DNA from: Eledone cirrhosa
Lineage: Eukaryota
Length of the DNA stretch: 64,000 nt
Assembly (NCBI GenBank): GCA_964016885.1
Contig: OZ024764.1
Span: forward strand, 21,452,001 to 21,516,000
Reading direction: 5' to 3'
In this document: positions 1-15,565 of the stretch, piece by piece
How positions within the stretch are numbered: position 1 is the stretch's first letter
Layout: every line of letters starts with the position of its first letter
Program-made: the position numbers and the translations under genes
The notes under the pieces: model-generated
Databases searched by the model: none
What the model was told of the DNA's origin: nothing
What the model saw: only the letters and a program-made list of their open reading frames with translations

Positions 1-3000
1 TATCAGTCAATATAATCTAATGTCACTAATAACTACTTTTATCAGTCAGTATAATCTAATGTCACTAATAACTACTTTTATCAGTCAGTATAATCTAATG
101 TCACTAATAACTACTTTTATGAGTCAGTATAATCTAATCTCACTAATAACTACTTTTATCAGTCAGTATAATCTAATGTCACTAATAACTACTTTTATCA
201 GTCAGTATAATCTAATGTCACTAATAACTACTTTTATGAGTCAGTATAATCTAATGTCACTAATAACTACTTTTATCAGTCAGTATAATCTAATGTCACT
301 AATAACTACTTTTATCAGTCAGTTTAATCTAATGTAATAACTACTTGTATCAGTCAGTATAATCTAATGTCACTAATAACTACTTGTATCAGTCAGTATA
401 ATCTAATGTCACTAATAACTACTTTTATCAGTCAGTATAATCTAATGTCACTAATAACTACTTTTATCAGTCAGTATAATCTAATCTCACTAATAACTAC
501 TTTTATCAATCAGTTTAATCTAATGTCACTAATAACTACTTTTATCAGTCAGTATAATCTAATGTCACTAATAACTACTTTTATGAGTCAGTATAATCTA
601 ATCTCACTAATAACTACTTTTATCAGTCAGTATAATCTAATGTCACTAATAACTACTTTTATCAGTCAGTATAATCTAATCTCACTAATAACTACTTTTA
701 TCAATCAGTTTAATCTAATGTCACTAATAACTACTTTTATCAGTCAGTATAATCTAATGTCACTAATAACTACTTTTATCACTCAGTATAATCTAATGTC
801 ACTAATAACTACTTTTATCAGTCAGTTTAATCTAATGTCACTAATAACTACTTTTATCAGTCAGTTTAATCTAATGTCACTAATAACTACTTTTATCACT
901 CAGTATAATCTAATGTCACTAATAACTACTTTTATCAGTCAGTTTAATCTAATGTCACTAATAACTACTTTTATCAATCAGTTTAATCTAATGTCACTAA
1001 TAACTACTTTTATCAGTCAGTTTAATCTAATGTCACTAATAACTACTTTTATCAGTCAGTTTAATCTAATGTAATAACTACTTTTATCAGTCAGTTTTAA
1101 TCTAATGTCACTAATAACTACTTTTATCAGTCAGTTTAATCTAATGTCACTAATAACTACTTTTATCAGTCAGTTTAATCTAATGTAATAACTACTTTTA
1201 TCAGTCAGTTTTAATCTAATGTCACTAATAACTACTTTTATCAGTCAGTTTAATCTAATGTCACTAATAACTACTTTTATCAATCAGTTTAATCTAATGT
1301 CACTAATAACTACTTTTATCAGTCAGTTTAATCTAATGTCACTAATAACTACTTTTATCAGTCAGTTTAATCTAATGTCACTAATAACTACTTTTATCAG
1401 TCAGTTTAATCTAATGTAATAACTACTTTTATCAGTCAGTTTTAATCTAATGTCACTAATAACTACTTTTATCAGTCAGTTTAATCTAATGTAATAACTA
1501 CTTTTATCAGTCAGTATAATCTAATGTCACTAATAACTACTTTTATCAGTCAGTTTTAATCTAATGTCACTAATAACTACTTTTATCAGTCAGTTTAATC
1601 TAAAGTCACTAATAACTACTTGTATCAGTCAGTATAATCTAATGTCACTAATAACTACTTGTATCAGTCAGTTTAATCTAATGTCACTAATAACTACTTT
1701 TATCAGTCAGTATAATCTAATGTCACTAATAACTACTTGTATCAGTCAGTATAATCTAATGTCACTAATAACTACTTGTATCAGTCAGTATAATCTAATG
1801 TCACTAATAACTACTTTTATCAGTCAGTTTAATCTAATGTCACTAATAACTACTTTTATCAGTCAGTATAATCGAATGTCACTAATAACTACTTTTATCA
1901 GTCAGTATAATCGAATGTCACTAATAACTACTTTTATCAGTCAGTATAATCTAATGTCACTAATAACTACTTTTATCAGTCAGTATAATCGAATGTCACT
2001 AATAACTACTTTTATCAGTCAGTTTAATCTAATGTCACTAATAACTACTTTTATCAGTCAGTTTAATCTAATGTAATAACTACTTTTATCAGTCAGTTTA
2101 ATCTAATGTCACTAATAACTACTTTTATCAGTCAGTTTAATCTAATGTAATAACTACTTTTATCAGTCAGTTTAATCTAATGTCACTAATAACTACTTTT
2201 ATCAGTCAGTTTAATCTAATGTCACTAATAACTACTTTTATCAGTCAGTTTAATCTAATGTAATAACTACTTTTATCAGTCAGTTTAATCTAATGTCACT
2301 AATAACTACTTTTATCAGTCAGTTTAATCTAATGTAATAACTACTTTTATCAGTCAGTTTAATCTAATGTCACTAATAACTACTTTTATCAGTCAGTATA
2401 ATCGAATGTCACTAATAACTACTTTTATCAGTCAGTTTAATCTAATGTCACTAATAACTACTTTTATCAGTCAGTTTAATCTAATGTAATAACTACTTTT
2501 ATCAGTCAGTATAATCTAATGTCACTAATAACTACTTTTATCAGTCAGTATAATCGAATGTCACTAATAACTACTTTTATCAGTCAGTTTAATCTAATGT
2601 AATAACTACTTTTATCAGTCAGTATAATCTAATGTCACTAATAACTACTTTTATCAGTCAGTATAATCTAATGTCACTAATAACTACTTTTATCAGTCAA
2701 TATAATCTAATGTCACTAATAACTACTTTTATCAGTCAGTATAATCTAATGTCACTAATAACTACTTTTATCAGTCAGTATAATCGAATGTCACTAATAA
2801 CTACTTTTATCAGTCAGTTTAATCTAATGTAATAACTACTTTTATCAGTCAGTTTAATCTAATGTCACTAATAACTACTTTTATCAGTCAGTTTAATCTA
2901 ATGTCACTAATAACTACTTTTATCAGTCAGTTTAATCTAATGTAATAACTACTTTTATCAGTCAGTTTTAATCTAATGTCACTAATAACTACTTTTATCA

Positions 3001-6000
3001 GTCAGTTTAATCTAATGTAATAACTACTTTTATCAGTCAGTATAATCTAATGTCACTAATAACTACTTTTATCAGTCAGTTTTAATCTAATGTCACTAAT
3101 AACTACTTTTATCAGTCAGTTTAATCTAATGTCACTAATAACTACTTTTATCAGTCAGTTTAATCTAATGTAATAACTACTTTTATCAGTCAGTTTTAAT
3201 CTAATGTCACTAATAACTACTTTTATCAGTCAGTTTAATCTAATGTAATAACTACTTTTTCAGTCAGTATAATCTAATGTCACTAATAACTACTTTTATC
3301 AGTCAGTATAATCTAATGTCACTAATAACTACTTTTATCAGTCAGTTTAATCTAATGTCACTAATAACTACTTTTATCAGTCAGTTTAATCTAATGTCAC
3401 TAATAACTACTTTTATCAGTCAGTATAATCGAATGTCACTAATAACTACTTTTATCAGTCAGTTTAATCTAATGTCACTAATAACTACTTTTATCAGTCA
3501 GTATAATCTAATGTCACTAATAACTACTTGTATCAGTCAGTATAATCTAATGTCACTAATAACTACTTGTATCAGTCAGTATAATCTAATGTCACTAATA
3601 ACTACTTTTATCAGTCAGTTTAATCTAATGTCACTAATAACTACTTTTATCAGTCAGTATAATCGAATGTCACTAATAACTACTTTTATCAGTCAGTTTA
3701 ATCTAATGTAATAACTACTTTTATCAGTCAGTATAATCTAATGTCACTAATAACTACTTTTATCAGTCAGTATAATCGAATGTCACTAATAACTACTTTT
3801 ATCAGTCAGTTTAATCTAATGTAATAACTACTTTTATCAGTCAGTATAATCTAATGTCACTAATAACTACTTTTATCAGTCAGTATAATCTAATGTCACT
3901 AATAACTACTTTTATCAGTCAATATAATCTAATGTCACTAATAACTACTTTTATCAGTCAGTATAATCTAATGTCACTAATAACTACTTTTATCAGTCAG
4001 TATAATCTAATGTCACTAATAACTACTTTTATCAGTCAATATAATCTAATGTCACTAATAACTACTTTTATCAGTCAGTATAATCTAATGTCACTAATAA
4101 CTACTTTTATCAGTCAGTATAATCTAATGTCACTAATAACTACTTTTATGAGTCAGTATAATCTAATCTCACTAATAACTACTTTTATCAGTCAGTATAA
4201 TCTAATGTCACTAATAACTACTTTTATCAGTCAGTATAATCTAATGTCACTAATAACTACTTTTATGAGTCAGTATAATCTAATGTCACTAATAACTACT
4301 TTTATCAGTCAGTATAATCTAATGTCACTAATAACTACTTTTATCAGTCAGTTTAATCTAATGTAATAACTACTTGTATCAGTCAGTATAATCTAATGTC
4401 ACTAATAACTACTTGTATCAGTCAGTATAATCTAATGTCACTAATAACTACTTTTATCAGTCAGTATAATCTAATGTCACTAATAACTACTTTTATCAGT
4501 CAGTATAATCTAATCTCACTAATAACTACTTTTATCAATCAGTTTAATCTAATGTCACTAATAACTACTTTTATCAGTCAGTATAATCTAATGTCACTAA
4601 TAACTACTTTTATGAGTCAGTATAATCTAATCTCACTAATAACTACTTTTATCAGTCAGTATAATCTAATGTCACTAATAACTACTTTTATCAGTCAGTA
4701 TAATCTAATCTCACTAATAACTACTTTTATCAATCAGTTTAATCTAATGTCACTAATAACTACTTTTATCAGTCAGTATAATCTAATGTCACTAATAACT
4801 ACTTTTATCACTCAGTATAATCTAATGTCACTAATAACTACTTTTATCAGTCAGTTTAATCTAATGTCACTAATAACTACTTTTATCAGTCAGTTTAATC
4901 TAATGTCACTAATAACTACTTTTATCACTCAGTATAATCTAATGTCACTAATAACTACTTTTATCAGTCAGTTTAATCTAATGTCACTAATAACTACTTT
5001 TATCAATCAGTTTAATCTAATGTCACTAATAACTACTTTTATCAGTCAGTTTAATCTAATGTCACTAATAACTACTTTTATCAGTCAGTTTAATCTAATG
5101 TAATAACTACTTTTATCAGTCAGTTTTAATCTAATGTCACTAATAACTACTTTTATCAGTCAGTTTAATCTAATGTCACTAATAACTACTTTTATCAGTC
5201 AGTTTAATCTAATGTAATAACTACTTTTATCAGTCAGTTTTAATCTAATGTCACTAATAACTACTTTTATCAGTCAGTTTAATCTAATGTCACTAATAAC
5301 TACTTTTATCAATCAGTTTAATCTAATGTCACTAATAACTACTTTTATCAGTCAGTTTAATCTAATGTCACTAATAACTACTTTTATCAGTCAGTTTAAT
5401 CTAATGTCACTAATAACTACTTTTATCAGTCAGTTTAATCTAATGTAATAACTACTTTTATCAGTCAGTTTTAATCTAATGTCACTAATAACTACTTTTA
5501 TCAGTCAGTTTAATCTAATGTAATAACTACTTTTATCAGTCAGTATAATCTAATGTCACTAATAACTACTTTTATCAGTCAGTTTTAATCTAATGTCACT
5601 AATAACTACTTTTATCAGTCAGTTTAATCTAAAGTCACTAATAACTACTTGTATCAGTCAGTTTAATCTAATGTCACTAATAACTACTTTTATCAGTCAG
5701 TATAATCTAATGTCACTAATAACTACTTGTATCAGTCAGTATAATCTAATGTCACTAATAACTACTTGTATCAGTCAGTATAATCTAATGTCACTAATAA
5801 CTACTTTTATCAGTCAGTTTAATCTAATGTCACTAATAACTACTTTTATCAGTCAGTATAATCGAATGTCACTAATAACTACTTTTATCAGTCAGTATAA
5901 TCGAATGTCACTAATAACTACTTTTATCAGTCAGTATAATCTAATGTCACTAATAACTACTTTTATCAGTCAGTATAATCGAATGTCACTAATAACTACT

Positions 6001-9000
6001 TTTATCAGTCAGTTTAATCTAATGTCACTAATAACTACTTTTATCAGTCAGTTTAATCTAATGTAATAACTACTTTTATCAGTCAGTTTAATCTAATGTC
6101 ACTAATAACTACTTTTATCAGTCAGTTTAATCTAATGTAATAACTACTTTTATCAGTCAGTTTAATCTAATGTCACTAATAACTACTTTTATCAGTCAGT
6201 TTAATCTAATGTCACTAATAACTACTTTTATCAGTCAGTTTAATCTAATGTAATAACTACTTTTATCAGTCAGTTTAATCTAATGTCACTAATAACTACT
6301 TTTATCAGTCAGTTTAATCTAATGTAATAACTACTTTTATCAGTCAGTTTAATCTAATGTCACTAATAACTACTTTTATCAGTCAGTATAATCGAATGTC
6401 ACTAATAACTACTTTTATCAGTCAGTTTAATCTAATGTCACTAATAACTACTTTTATCAGTCAGTTTAATCTAATGTAATAACTACTTTTATCAGTCAGT
6501 ATAATCTAATGTCACTAATAACTACTTTTATCAGTCAGTATAATCGAATGTCACTAATAACTACTTTTATCAGTCAGTTTAATCTAATGTAATAACTACT
6601 TTTATCAGTCAGTATAATCTAATGTCACTAATAACTACTTTTATCAGTCAGTATAATCTTATGTCACTAATAACTACTTTTATCAGTCAATATAATCTAA
6701 TGTCACTAATAACTACTTTTATCAGTCAGTATAATCTAATGTCACTAATAACTACTTTTATCAGTCAGTATAATCGAATGTCACTAATAACTACTTTTAT
6801 CAGTCAGTTTAATCTAATGTAATAACTACTTTTATCAGTCAGTTTAATCTAATGTCACTAATAACTACTTTTATCAGTCAGTTTAATCTAATGTCACTAA
6901 TAACTACTTTTATCAGTCAGTTTAATCTAATGTAATAACTACTTTTATCAGTCAGTTTTAATCTAATGTCACTAATAACTACTTTTATCAGTCAGTTTAA
7001 TCTAATGTAATAACTACTTTTATCAGTCAGTATAATCTAATGTCACTAATAACTACTTTTATCAGTCAGTTTTAATCTAATGTCACTAATAACTACTTTT
7101 ATCAGTCAGTTTAATCTAATGTCACTAATAACTACTTTTATCAGTCAGTTTAATCTAATGTAATAACTACTTTTATCAGTCAGTTTTAATCTAATGTCAC
7201 TAATAACTACTTTTATCAGTCAGTTTAATCTAATGTAATAACTACTTTTTCAGTCAGTATAATCTAATGTCACTAATAACTACTTTTATCAGTCAGTATA
7301 ATCTAATGTCACTAATAACTACTTTTATCAGTCAGTTTAATCTAATGTCACTAATAACTACTTTTATCAGTCAGTTTAATCTAATGTCACTAATAACTAC
7401 TTTTATCAGTCAGTATAATCGAATGTCACTAATAACTACTTTTATCAGTCAGTTTAATCTAATGTCACTAATAACTACTTTTATCAGTCAGTATAATCTA
7501 ATGTCACTAATAACTACTTGTATCAGTCAGTATAATCTAATGTCACTAATAACTACTTGTATCAGTCAGTATAATCTAATGTCACTAATAACTACTTTTA
7601 TCAGTCAGTTTAATCTAATGTCACTAATAACTACTTTTATCAGTCAGTATAATCGAATGTCACTAATAACTACTTTTATCAGTCAGTTTAATCTAATGTA
7701 ATAACTACTTTTATCAGTCAGTATAATCTAATGTCACTAATAACTACTTTTATCAGTCAGTATAATCGAATGTCACTAATAACTACTTTTATCAGTCAGT
7801 TTAATCTAATGTAATAACTACTTTTATCAGTCAGTATAATCTAATGTCACTAATAACTACTTTTATCAGTCAGTATAATCTAATGTCACTAATAACTACT
7901 TTTATCAGTCAATATAATCTAATGTCACTAATAACTACTTTTATCAGTCAGTATAATCTAATGTCACTAATAACTACTTTTATCAGTCAGTATAATCTAA
8001 TGTCACTAATAACTACTTTTATCAGTCAATATAATCTAATGTCACTAATAACTACTTTTATCAGTCAGTATAATCTAATGTCACTAATAACTACTTTTAT
8101 CAGTCAGTATAATCTAATGTCACTAATAACTACTTTTATGAGTCAGTATAATCTAATCTCACTAATAACTACTTTTATCAGTCAGTATAATCTAATGTCA
8201 CTAATAACTACTTTTATCAGTCAGTATAATCTAATGTCACTAATAACTACTTTTATGAGTCAGTATAATCTAATGTCACTAATAACTACTTTTATCAGTC
8301 AGTATAATCTAATGTCACTAATAACTACTTTTATCAGTCAGTTTAATCTAATGTAATAACTACTTGTATCAGTCAGTATAATCTAATGTCACTAATAACT
8401 ACTTGTATCAGTCAGTATAATCTAATGTCACTAATAACTACTTTTATCAGTCAGTATAATCTAATGTCACTAATAACTACTTTTATCAGTCAGTATAATC
8501 TAATCTCACTAATAACTACTTTTATCAATCAGTTTAATCTAATGTCACTAATAACTACTTTTATCAGTCAGTATAATCTAATGTCACTAATAACTACTTT
8601 TATGAGTCAGTATAATCTAATCTCACTAATAACTACTTTTATCAGTCAGTATAATCTAATGTCACTAATAACTACTTTTATCAGTCAGTATAATCTAATC
8701 TCACTAATAACTACTTTTATCAATCAGTTTAATCTAATGTCACTAATAACTACTTTTATCAGTCAGTATAATCTAATGTCACTAATAACTACTTTTATCA
8801 CTCAGTATAATCTAATGTCACTAATAACTACTTTTATCAGTCAGTTTAATCTAATGTCACTAATAACTACTTTTATCAGTCAGTTTAATCTAATGTCACT
8901 AATAACTACTTTTATCACTCAGTATAATCTAATGTCACTAATAACTACTTTTATCAGTCAGTTTAATCTAATGTCACTAATAACTACTTTTATCAATCAG

Positions 9001-12000
9001 TTTAATCTAATGTCACTAATAACTACTTTTATCAGTCAGTTTAATCTAATGTCACTAATAACTACTTTTATCAGTCAGTTTAATCTAATGTAATAACTAC
9101 TTTTATCAGTCAGTTTTAATCTAATGTCACTAATAACTACTTTTATCAGTCAGTTTAATCTAATGTCACTAATAACTACTTTTATCAGTCAGTTTAATCT
9201 AATGTAATAACTACTTTTATCAGTCAGTTTTAATCTAATGTCACTAATAACTACTTTTATCAGTCAGTTTAATCTAATGTCACTAATAACTACTTTTATC
9301 AATCAGTTTAATCTAATGTCACTAATAACTACTTTTATCAGTCAGTTTAATCTAATGTCACTAATAACTACTTTTATCAGTCAGTTTAATCTAATGTCAC
9401 TAATAACTACTTTTATCAGTCAGTTTAATCTAATGTAATAACTACTTTTATCAGTCAGTTTTAATCTAATGTCACTAATAACTACTTTTATCAGTCAGTT
9501 TAATCTAATGTAATAACTACTTTTATCAGTCAGTATAATCTAATGTCACTAATAACTACTTTTATCAGTCAGTTTTAATCTAATGTCACTAATAACTACT
9601 TTTATCAGTCAGTTTAATCTAAAGTCACTAATAACTACTTGTATCAGTCAGTTTAATCTAATGTCACTAATAACTACTTTTATCAGTCAGTATAATCTAA
9701 TGTCACTAATAACTACTTGTATCAGTCAGTATAATCTAATGTCACTAATAACTACTTGTATCAGTCAGTATAATCTAATGTCACTAATAACTACTTTTAT
9801 CAGTCAGTTTAATCTAATGTCACTAATAACTACTTTTATCAGTCAGTATAATCGAATGTCACTAATAACTACTTTTATCAGTCAGTATAATCGAATGTCA
9901 CTAATAACTACTTTTATCAGTCAGTATAATCTAATGTCACTAATAACTACTTTTATCAGTCAGTATAATCGAATGTCACTAATAACTACTTTTATCAGTC
10001 AGTTTAATCTAATGTCACTAATAACTACTTTTATCAGTCAGTTTAATCTAATGTAATAACTACTTTTATCAGTCAGTTTAATCTAATGTCACTAATAACT
10101 ACTTTTATCAGTCAGTTTAATCTAATGTAATAACTACTTTTATCAGTCAGTTTAATCTAATGTCACTAATAACTACTTTTATCAGTCAGTTTAATCTAAT
10201 GTCACTAATAACTACTTTTATCAGTCAGTTTAATCTAATGTAATAACTACTTTTATCAGTCAGTTTAATCTAATGTCACTAATAACTACTTTTATCAGTC
10301 AGTTTAATCTAATGTAATAACTACTTTTATCAGTCAGTTTAATCTAATGTCACTAATAACTACTTTTATCAGTCAGTATAATCGAATGTCACTAATAACT
10401 ACTTTTATCAGTCAGTTTAATCTAATGTCACTAATAACTACTTTTATCAGTCAGTTTAATCTAATGTAATAACTACTTTTATCAGTCAGTATAATCTAAT
10501 GTCACTAATAACTACTTTTATCAGTCAGTATAATCGAATGTCACTAATAACTACTTTTATCAGTCAGTTTAATCTAATGTAATAACTACTTTTATCAGTC
10601 AGTATAATCTAATGTCACTAATAACTACTTTTATCAGTCAGTATAATCTAATGTCACTAATAACTACTTTTATCAGTCAATATAATCTAATGTCACTAAT
10701 AACTACTTTTATCAGTCAGTATAATCTAATGTCACTAATAACTACTTTTATCAGTCAGTATAATCGAATGTCACTAATAACTACTTTTATCAGTCAGTTT
10801 AATCTAATGTAATAACTACTTTTATCAGTCAGTTTAATCTAATGTCACTAATAACTACTTTTATCAGTCAGTTTAATCTAATGTCACTAATAACTACTTT
10901 TATCAGTCAGTTTAATCTAATGTAATAACTACTTTTATCAGTCAGTTTTAATCTAATGTCACTAATAACTACTTTTATCAGTCAGTTTAATCTAATGTAA
11001 TAACTACTTTTATCAGTCAGTATAATCTAATGTCACTAATAACTACTTTTATCAGTCAGTTTTAATCTAATGTCACTAATAACTACTTTTATCAGTCAGT
11101 TTAATCTAATGTCACTAATAACTACTTTTATCAGTCAGTTTAATCTAATGTAATAACTACTTTTATCAGTCAGTTTTAATCTAATGTCACTAATAACTAC
11201 TTTTATCAGTCAGTTTAATCTAATGTAATAACTACTTTTTCAGTCAGTATAATCTAATGTCACTAATAACTACTTTTATCAGTCAGTATAATCTAATGTC
11301 ACTAATAACTACTTTTATCAGTCAGTTTAATCTAATGTCACTAATAACTACTTTTATCAGTCAGTTTAATCTAATGTCACTAATAACTACTTTTATCAGT
11401 CAGTATAATCGAATGTCACTAATAACTACTTTTATCAGTCAGTTTAATCTAATGTCACTAATAACTACTTTTATCAGTCAGTTTTAATCTAATGTCACTA
11501 ATAACTACTTTTATCAGTCAGTTTAATCTAATGTCACTAATAACTACTTTTATCAGTCAGTTTAATCTAATGTAATAACTACTTTTATCAGTCAGTTTAA
11601 TCTAATGTCACTAATAACTACTTTTATCAGTCAGTTTAATCTAATGTCACTAATAACTACTTTTATCAGTCAGTATAATCGAATGTCACTAATAACTACT
11701 TTTATCAGTCAGTATAATCTAATGTCACTAATAACTACTTTTATCAGTCAGTATAATCTAATGTCACTAATAACTACTTTTATCAGTCAGTTTAATCTAA
11801 TGTCACTAATAACTACTTTTATCAGTCAGTTTAATCTAATGTCACTAATAACTACTTTTATCAGTCAGTTTAATCTAATGTCACTAATAACTACTTTTAT
11901 CAGTCAGTTCAATCTAATGTCACTAATAACTACTTTTATCAGTCAGTTTAATCTAATGTCACTAATAACTACTTTTATCAGTCAGTTTAATCTAATGTCA

Positions 12001-15000
12001 CTAATAACTACTTTTATCAGTCAGTTCAATCTAATGTCACTAATAACTACTTTTATCAGTCAGTTCAATCTAATGTCACTAATAACTACTTTTATCAGTC
12101 AGTATAATCTAATGTCACTAATAACTACTTTTATCAGTCAGTTTAATCTAATGTAATAACTACTTTTATCAGTCAGTTTAATCTAGTGTCACTAATAACT
12201 ACTTGTATCAGTCAGTATAATCTAATGTCACTAATAACTACTTGTATCAGTCAGTATAATCTAATGTCACTAATAACTACTTTTATCAGTCAGTTTAATC
12301 TAATGTCACTAATAACTACTTTTATCAGTCAGTATAATCGAATGTCACTAATAACTACTTTTATCAGTCAGTTTAATCTAATGTAATAACTACTTTTATC
12401 AGTCAGTATAATCTAATGTCACTAATAACTACTTTTATCAGTCAGTATAATCGAATGTCACTAATAACTACTTTTATCAGTCAGTTTAATCTAATGTAAT
12501 AACTACTTTTATCAGTCAGTATAATCTAATGTCACTAATAACTACTTTTATCAGTCAGTATAATCTAATGTCACTAATAACTACTTTTATCAGTCAATAT
12601 AATCTAATGTCACTAATAACTACTTTTATCAGTCAGTATAATCTAATGTCACTAATAACTACTTTTATCAGTCAGTATAATCTAATGTCACTAATAACTA
12701 CTTTTATCAGTCAATATAATCTAATGTCACTAATAACTACTTTTATCAGTCAGTATAATCTAATGTCACTAATAACTACTTTTATCAGTCAGTATAATCT
12801 AATGTCACTAATAACTACTTTTATGAGTCAGTATAATCTAATCTCACTAATAACTACTTTTATCAGTCAGTATAATCTAATGTCACTAATAACTACTTTT
12901 ATCAGTCAGTATAATCTAATGTCACTAATAACTACTTTTATGAGTCAGTATAATCTAATGTCACTAATAACTACTTTTATCAGTCAGTATAATCTAATGT
13001 CACTAATAACTACTTTTATCAGTCAGTTTAATCTAATGTAATAACTACTTGTATCAGTCAGTATAATCTAATGTCACTAATAACTACTTGTATCAGTCAG
13101 TATAATCTAATGTCACTAATAACTACTTTTATCAGTCAGTATAATCTAATGTCACTAATAACTACTTTTATCAGTCAGTATAATCTAATCTCACTAATAA
13201 CTACTTTTATCAATCAGTTTAATCTAATGTCACTAATAACTACTTTTATCAGTCAGTATAATCTAATGTCACTAATAACTACTTTTATGAGTCAGTATAA
13301 TCTAATCTCACTAATAACTACTTTTATCAGTCAGTATAATCTAATGTCACTAATAACTACTTTTATCAGTCAGTATAATCTAATCTCACTAATAACTACT
13401 TTTATCAATCAGTTTAATCTAATGTCACTAATAACTACTTTTATCAGTCAGTATAATCTAATGTCACTAATAACTACTTTTATCACTCAGTATAATCTAA
13501 TGTCACTAATAACTACTTTTATCAGTCAGTTTAATCTAATGTCACTAATAACTACTTTTATCAGTCAGTTTAATCTAATGTCACTAATAACTACTTTTAT
13601 CACTCAGTATAATCTAATGTCACTAATAACTACTTTTATCAGTCAGTTTAATCTAATGTCACTAATAACTACTTTTATCAATCAGTTTAATCTAATGTCA
13701 CTAATAACTACTTTTATCAGTCAGTTTAATCTAATGTCACTAATAACTACTTTTATCAGTCAGTTTAATCTAATGTAATAACTACTTTTATCAGTCAGTT
13801 TTAATCTAATGTCACTAATAACTACTTTTATCAGTCAGTTTAATCTAATGTCACTAATAACTACTTTTATCAGTCAGTTTAATCTAATGTAATAACTACT
13901 TTTATCAGTCAGTTTTAATCTAATGTCACTAATAACTACTTTTATCAGTCAGTTTAATCTAATGTCACTAATAACTACTTTTATCAATCAGTTTAATCTA
14001 ATGTCACTAATAACTACTTTTATCAGTCAGTTTAATCTAATGTCACTAATAACTACTTTTATCAGTCAGTTTAATCTAATGTCACTAATAACTACTTTTA
14101 TCAGTCAGTTTAATCTAATGTAATAACTACTTTTATCAGTCAGTTTTAATCTAATGTCACTAATAACTACTTTTATCAGTCAGTTTAATCTAATGTAATA
14201 ACTACTTTTATCAGTCAGTATAATCTAATGTCACTAATAACTACTTTTATCAGTCAGTTTTAATCTAATGTCACTAATAACTACTTTTATCAGTCAGTTT
14301 AATCTAAAGTCACTAATAACTACTTGTATCAGTCAGTATAATCTAATGTCACTAATAACTACTTGTATCAGTCAGTTTAATCTAATGTCACTAATAACTA
14401 CTTTTATCAGTCAGTATAATCTAATGTCACTAATAACTACTTGTATCAGTCAGTATAATCTAATGTCACTAATAACTACTTGTATCAGTCAGTATAATCT
14501 AATGTCACTAATAACTACTTTTATCAGTCAGTTTAATCTAATGTCACTAATAACTACTTTTATCAGTCAGTATAATCGAATGTCACTAATAACTACTTTT
14601 ATCAGTCAGTATAATCGAATGTCACTAATAACTACTTTTATCAGTCAGTATAATCTAATGTCACTAATAACTACTTTTATCAGTCAGTATAATCGAATGT
14701 CACTAATAACTACTTTTATCAGTCAGTTTAATCTAATGTCACTAATAACTACTTTTATCAGTCAGTTTAATCTAATGTAATAACTACTTTTATCAGTCAG
14801 TTTAATCTAATGTCACTAATAACTACTTTTATCAGTCAGTTTAATCTAATGTAATAACTACTTTTATCAGTCAGTTTAATCTAATGTCACTAATAACTAC
14901 TTTTATCAGTCAGTTTAATCTAATGTCACTAATAACTACTTTTATCAGTCAGTTTAATCTAATGTAATAACTACTTTTATCAGTCAGTTTAATCTAATGT

Positions 15001-15210
15001 CACTAATAACTACTTTTATCAGTCAGTTTAATCTAATGTAATAACTACTTTTATCAGTCAGTTTAATCTAATGTCACTAATAACTACTTTTATCAGTCAG
15101 TATAATCGAATGTCACTAATAACTACTTTTATCAGTCAGTTTAATCTAATGTCACTAATAACTACTTTTATCAGTCAGTTTAATCTAATGTAATAACTAC
15201 TTTTATCAGT
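1..15210. repeat. Higher-order repeat A, ~3990-bp unit, ~3.6 copies (approx. 1-3853, 3854-7843, 7844-12528, 12529-15210)
   Basis: Identical variant order recurs at 367/4396/8386/13071, 1219/5248/9238/13923, 2632/6622/10612 and 3854/7844/12529 (offsets 4029, 3990, 4685). Shared rare markers are AAG-start monomers, the 34-bp monomer at 3243/7233/11223, and the ATGAGT, TGT and CGA variants. Confidence 0.95.
11482..12190. repeat. 695-bp block of domain-B-type monomers embedded in HOR-A copy 3
   Basis: Copy 3 is 4685 bp rather than 3990 bp. 11492-12190 matches 17829-18527 in variant order, including TTC and GTG markers that are otherwise absent from HOR-A. Confidence 0.85.
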
Positions 15211-15565
15211 CAGTTTAATCTAATGTCACTAATAACTACTTTTATCAGTCAGTTTAATCTAATGTAATAACTACTTTTATCAGTCAGTTTAATCTAATGT
15301 CACTAATAACTACTTTTATCAGTCAGTTTAATCTAATGTAATAACTACTTTTATCAGTCAGTTTAATCTAATGTCACTAATAACTACTTTTATCAGTCAG
15401 TTTAATCTAATGTCACTAATAACTACTTTTATCAGTCAGTTTAATCTAATGTCACTAATAACTACTTTTATCAGTCAGTTCAATCTAATGTCACTAATAA
15501 CTACTTTTATCAGTCAGTTCAATCTAATGTCACTAATAACTACTTTTATCAGTCAGTTTAATCTA

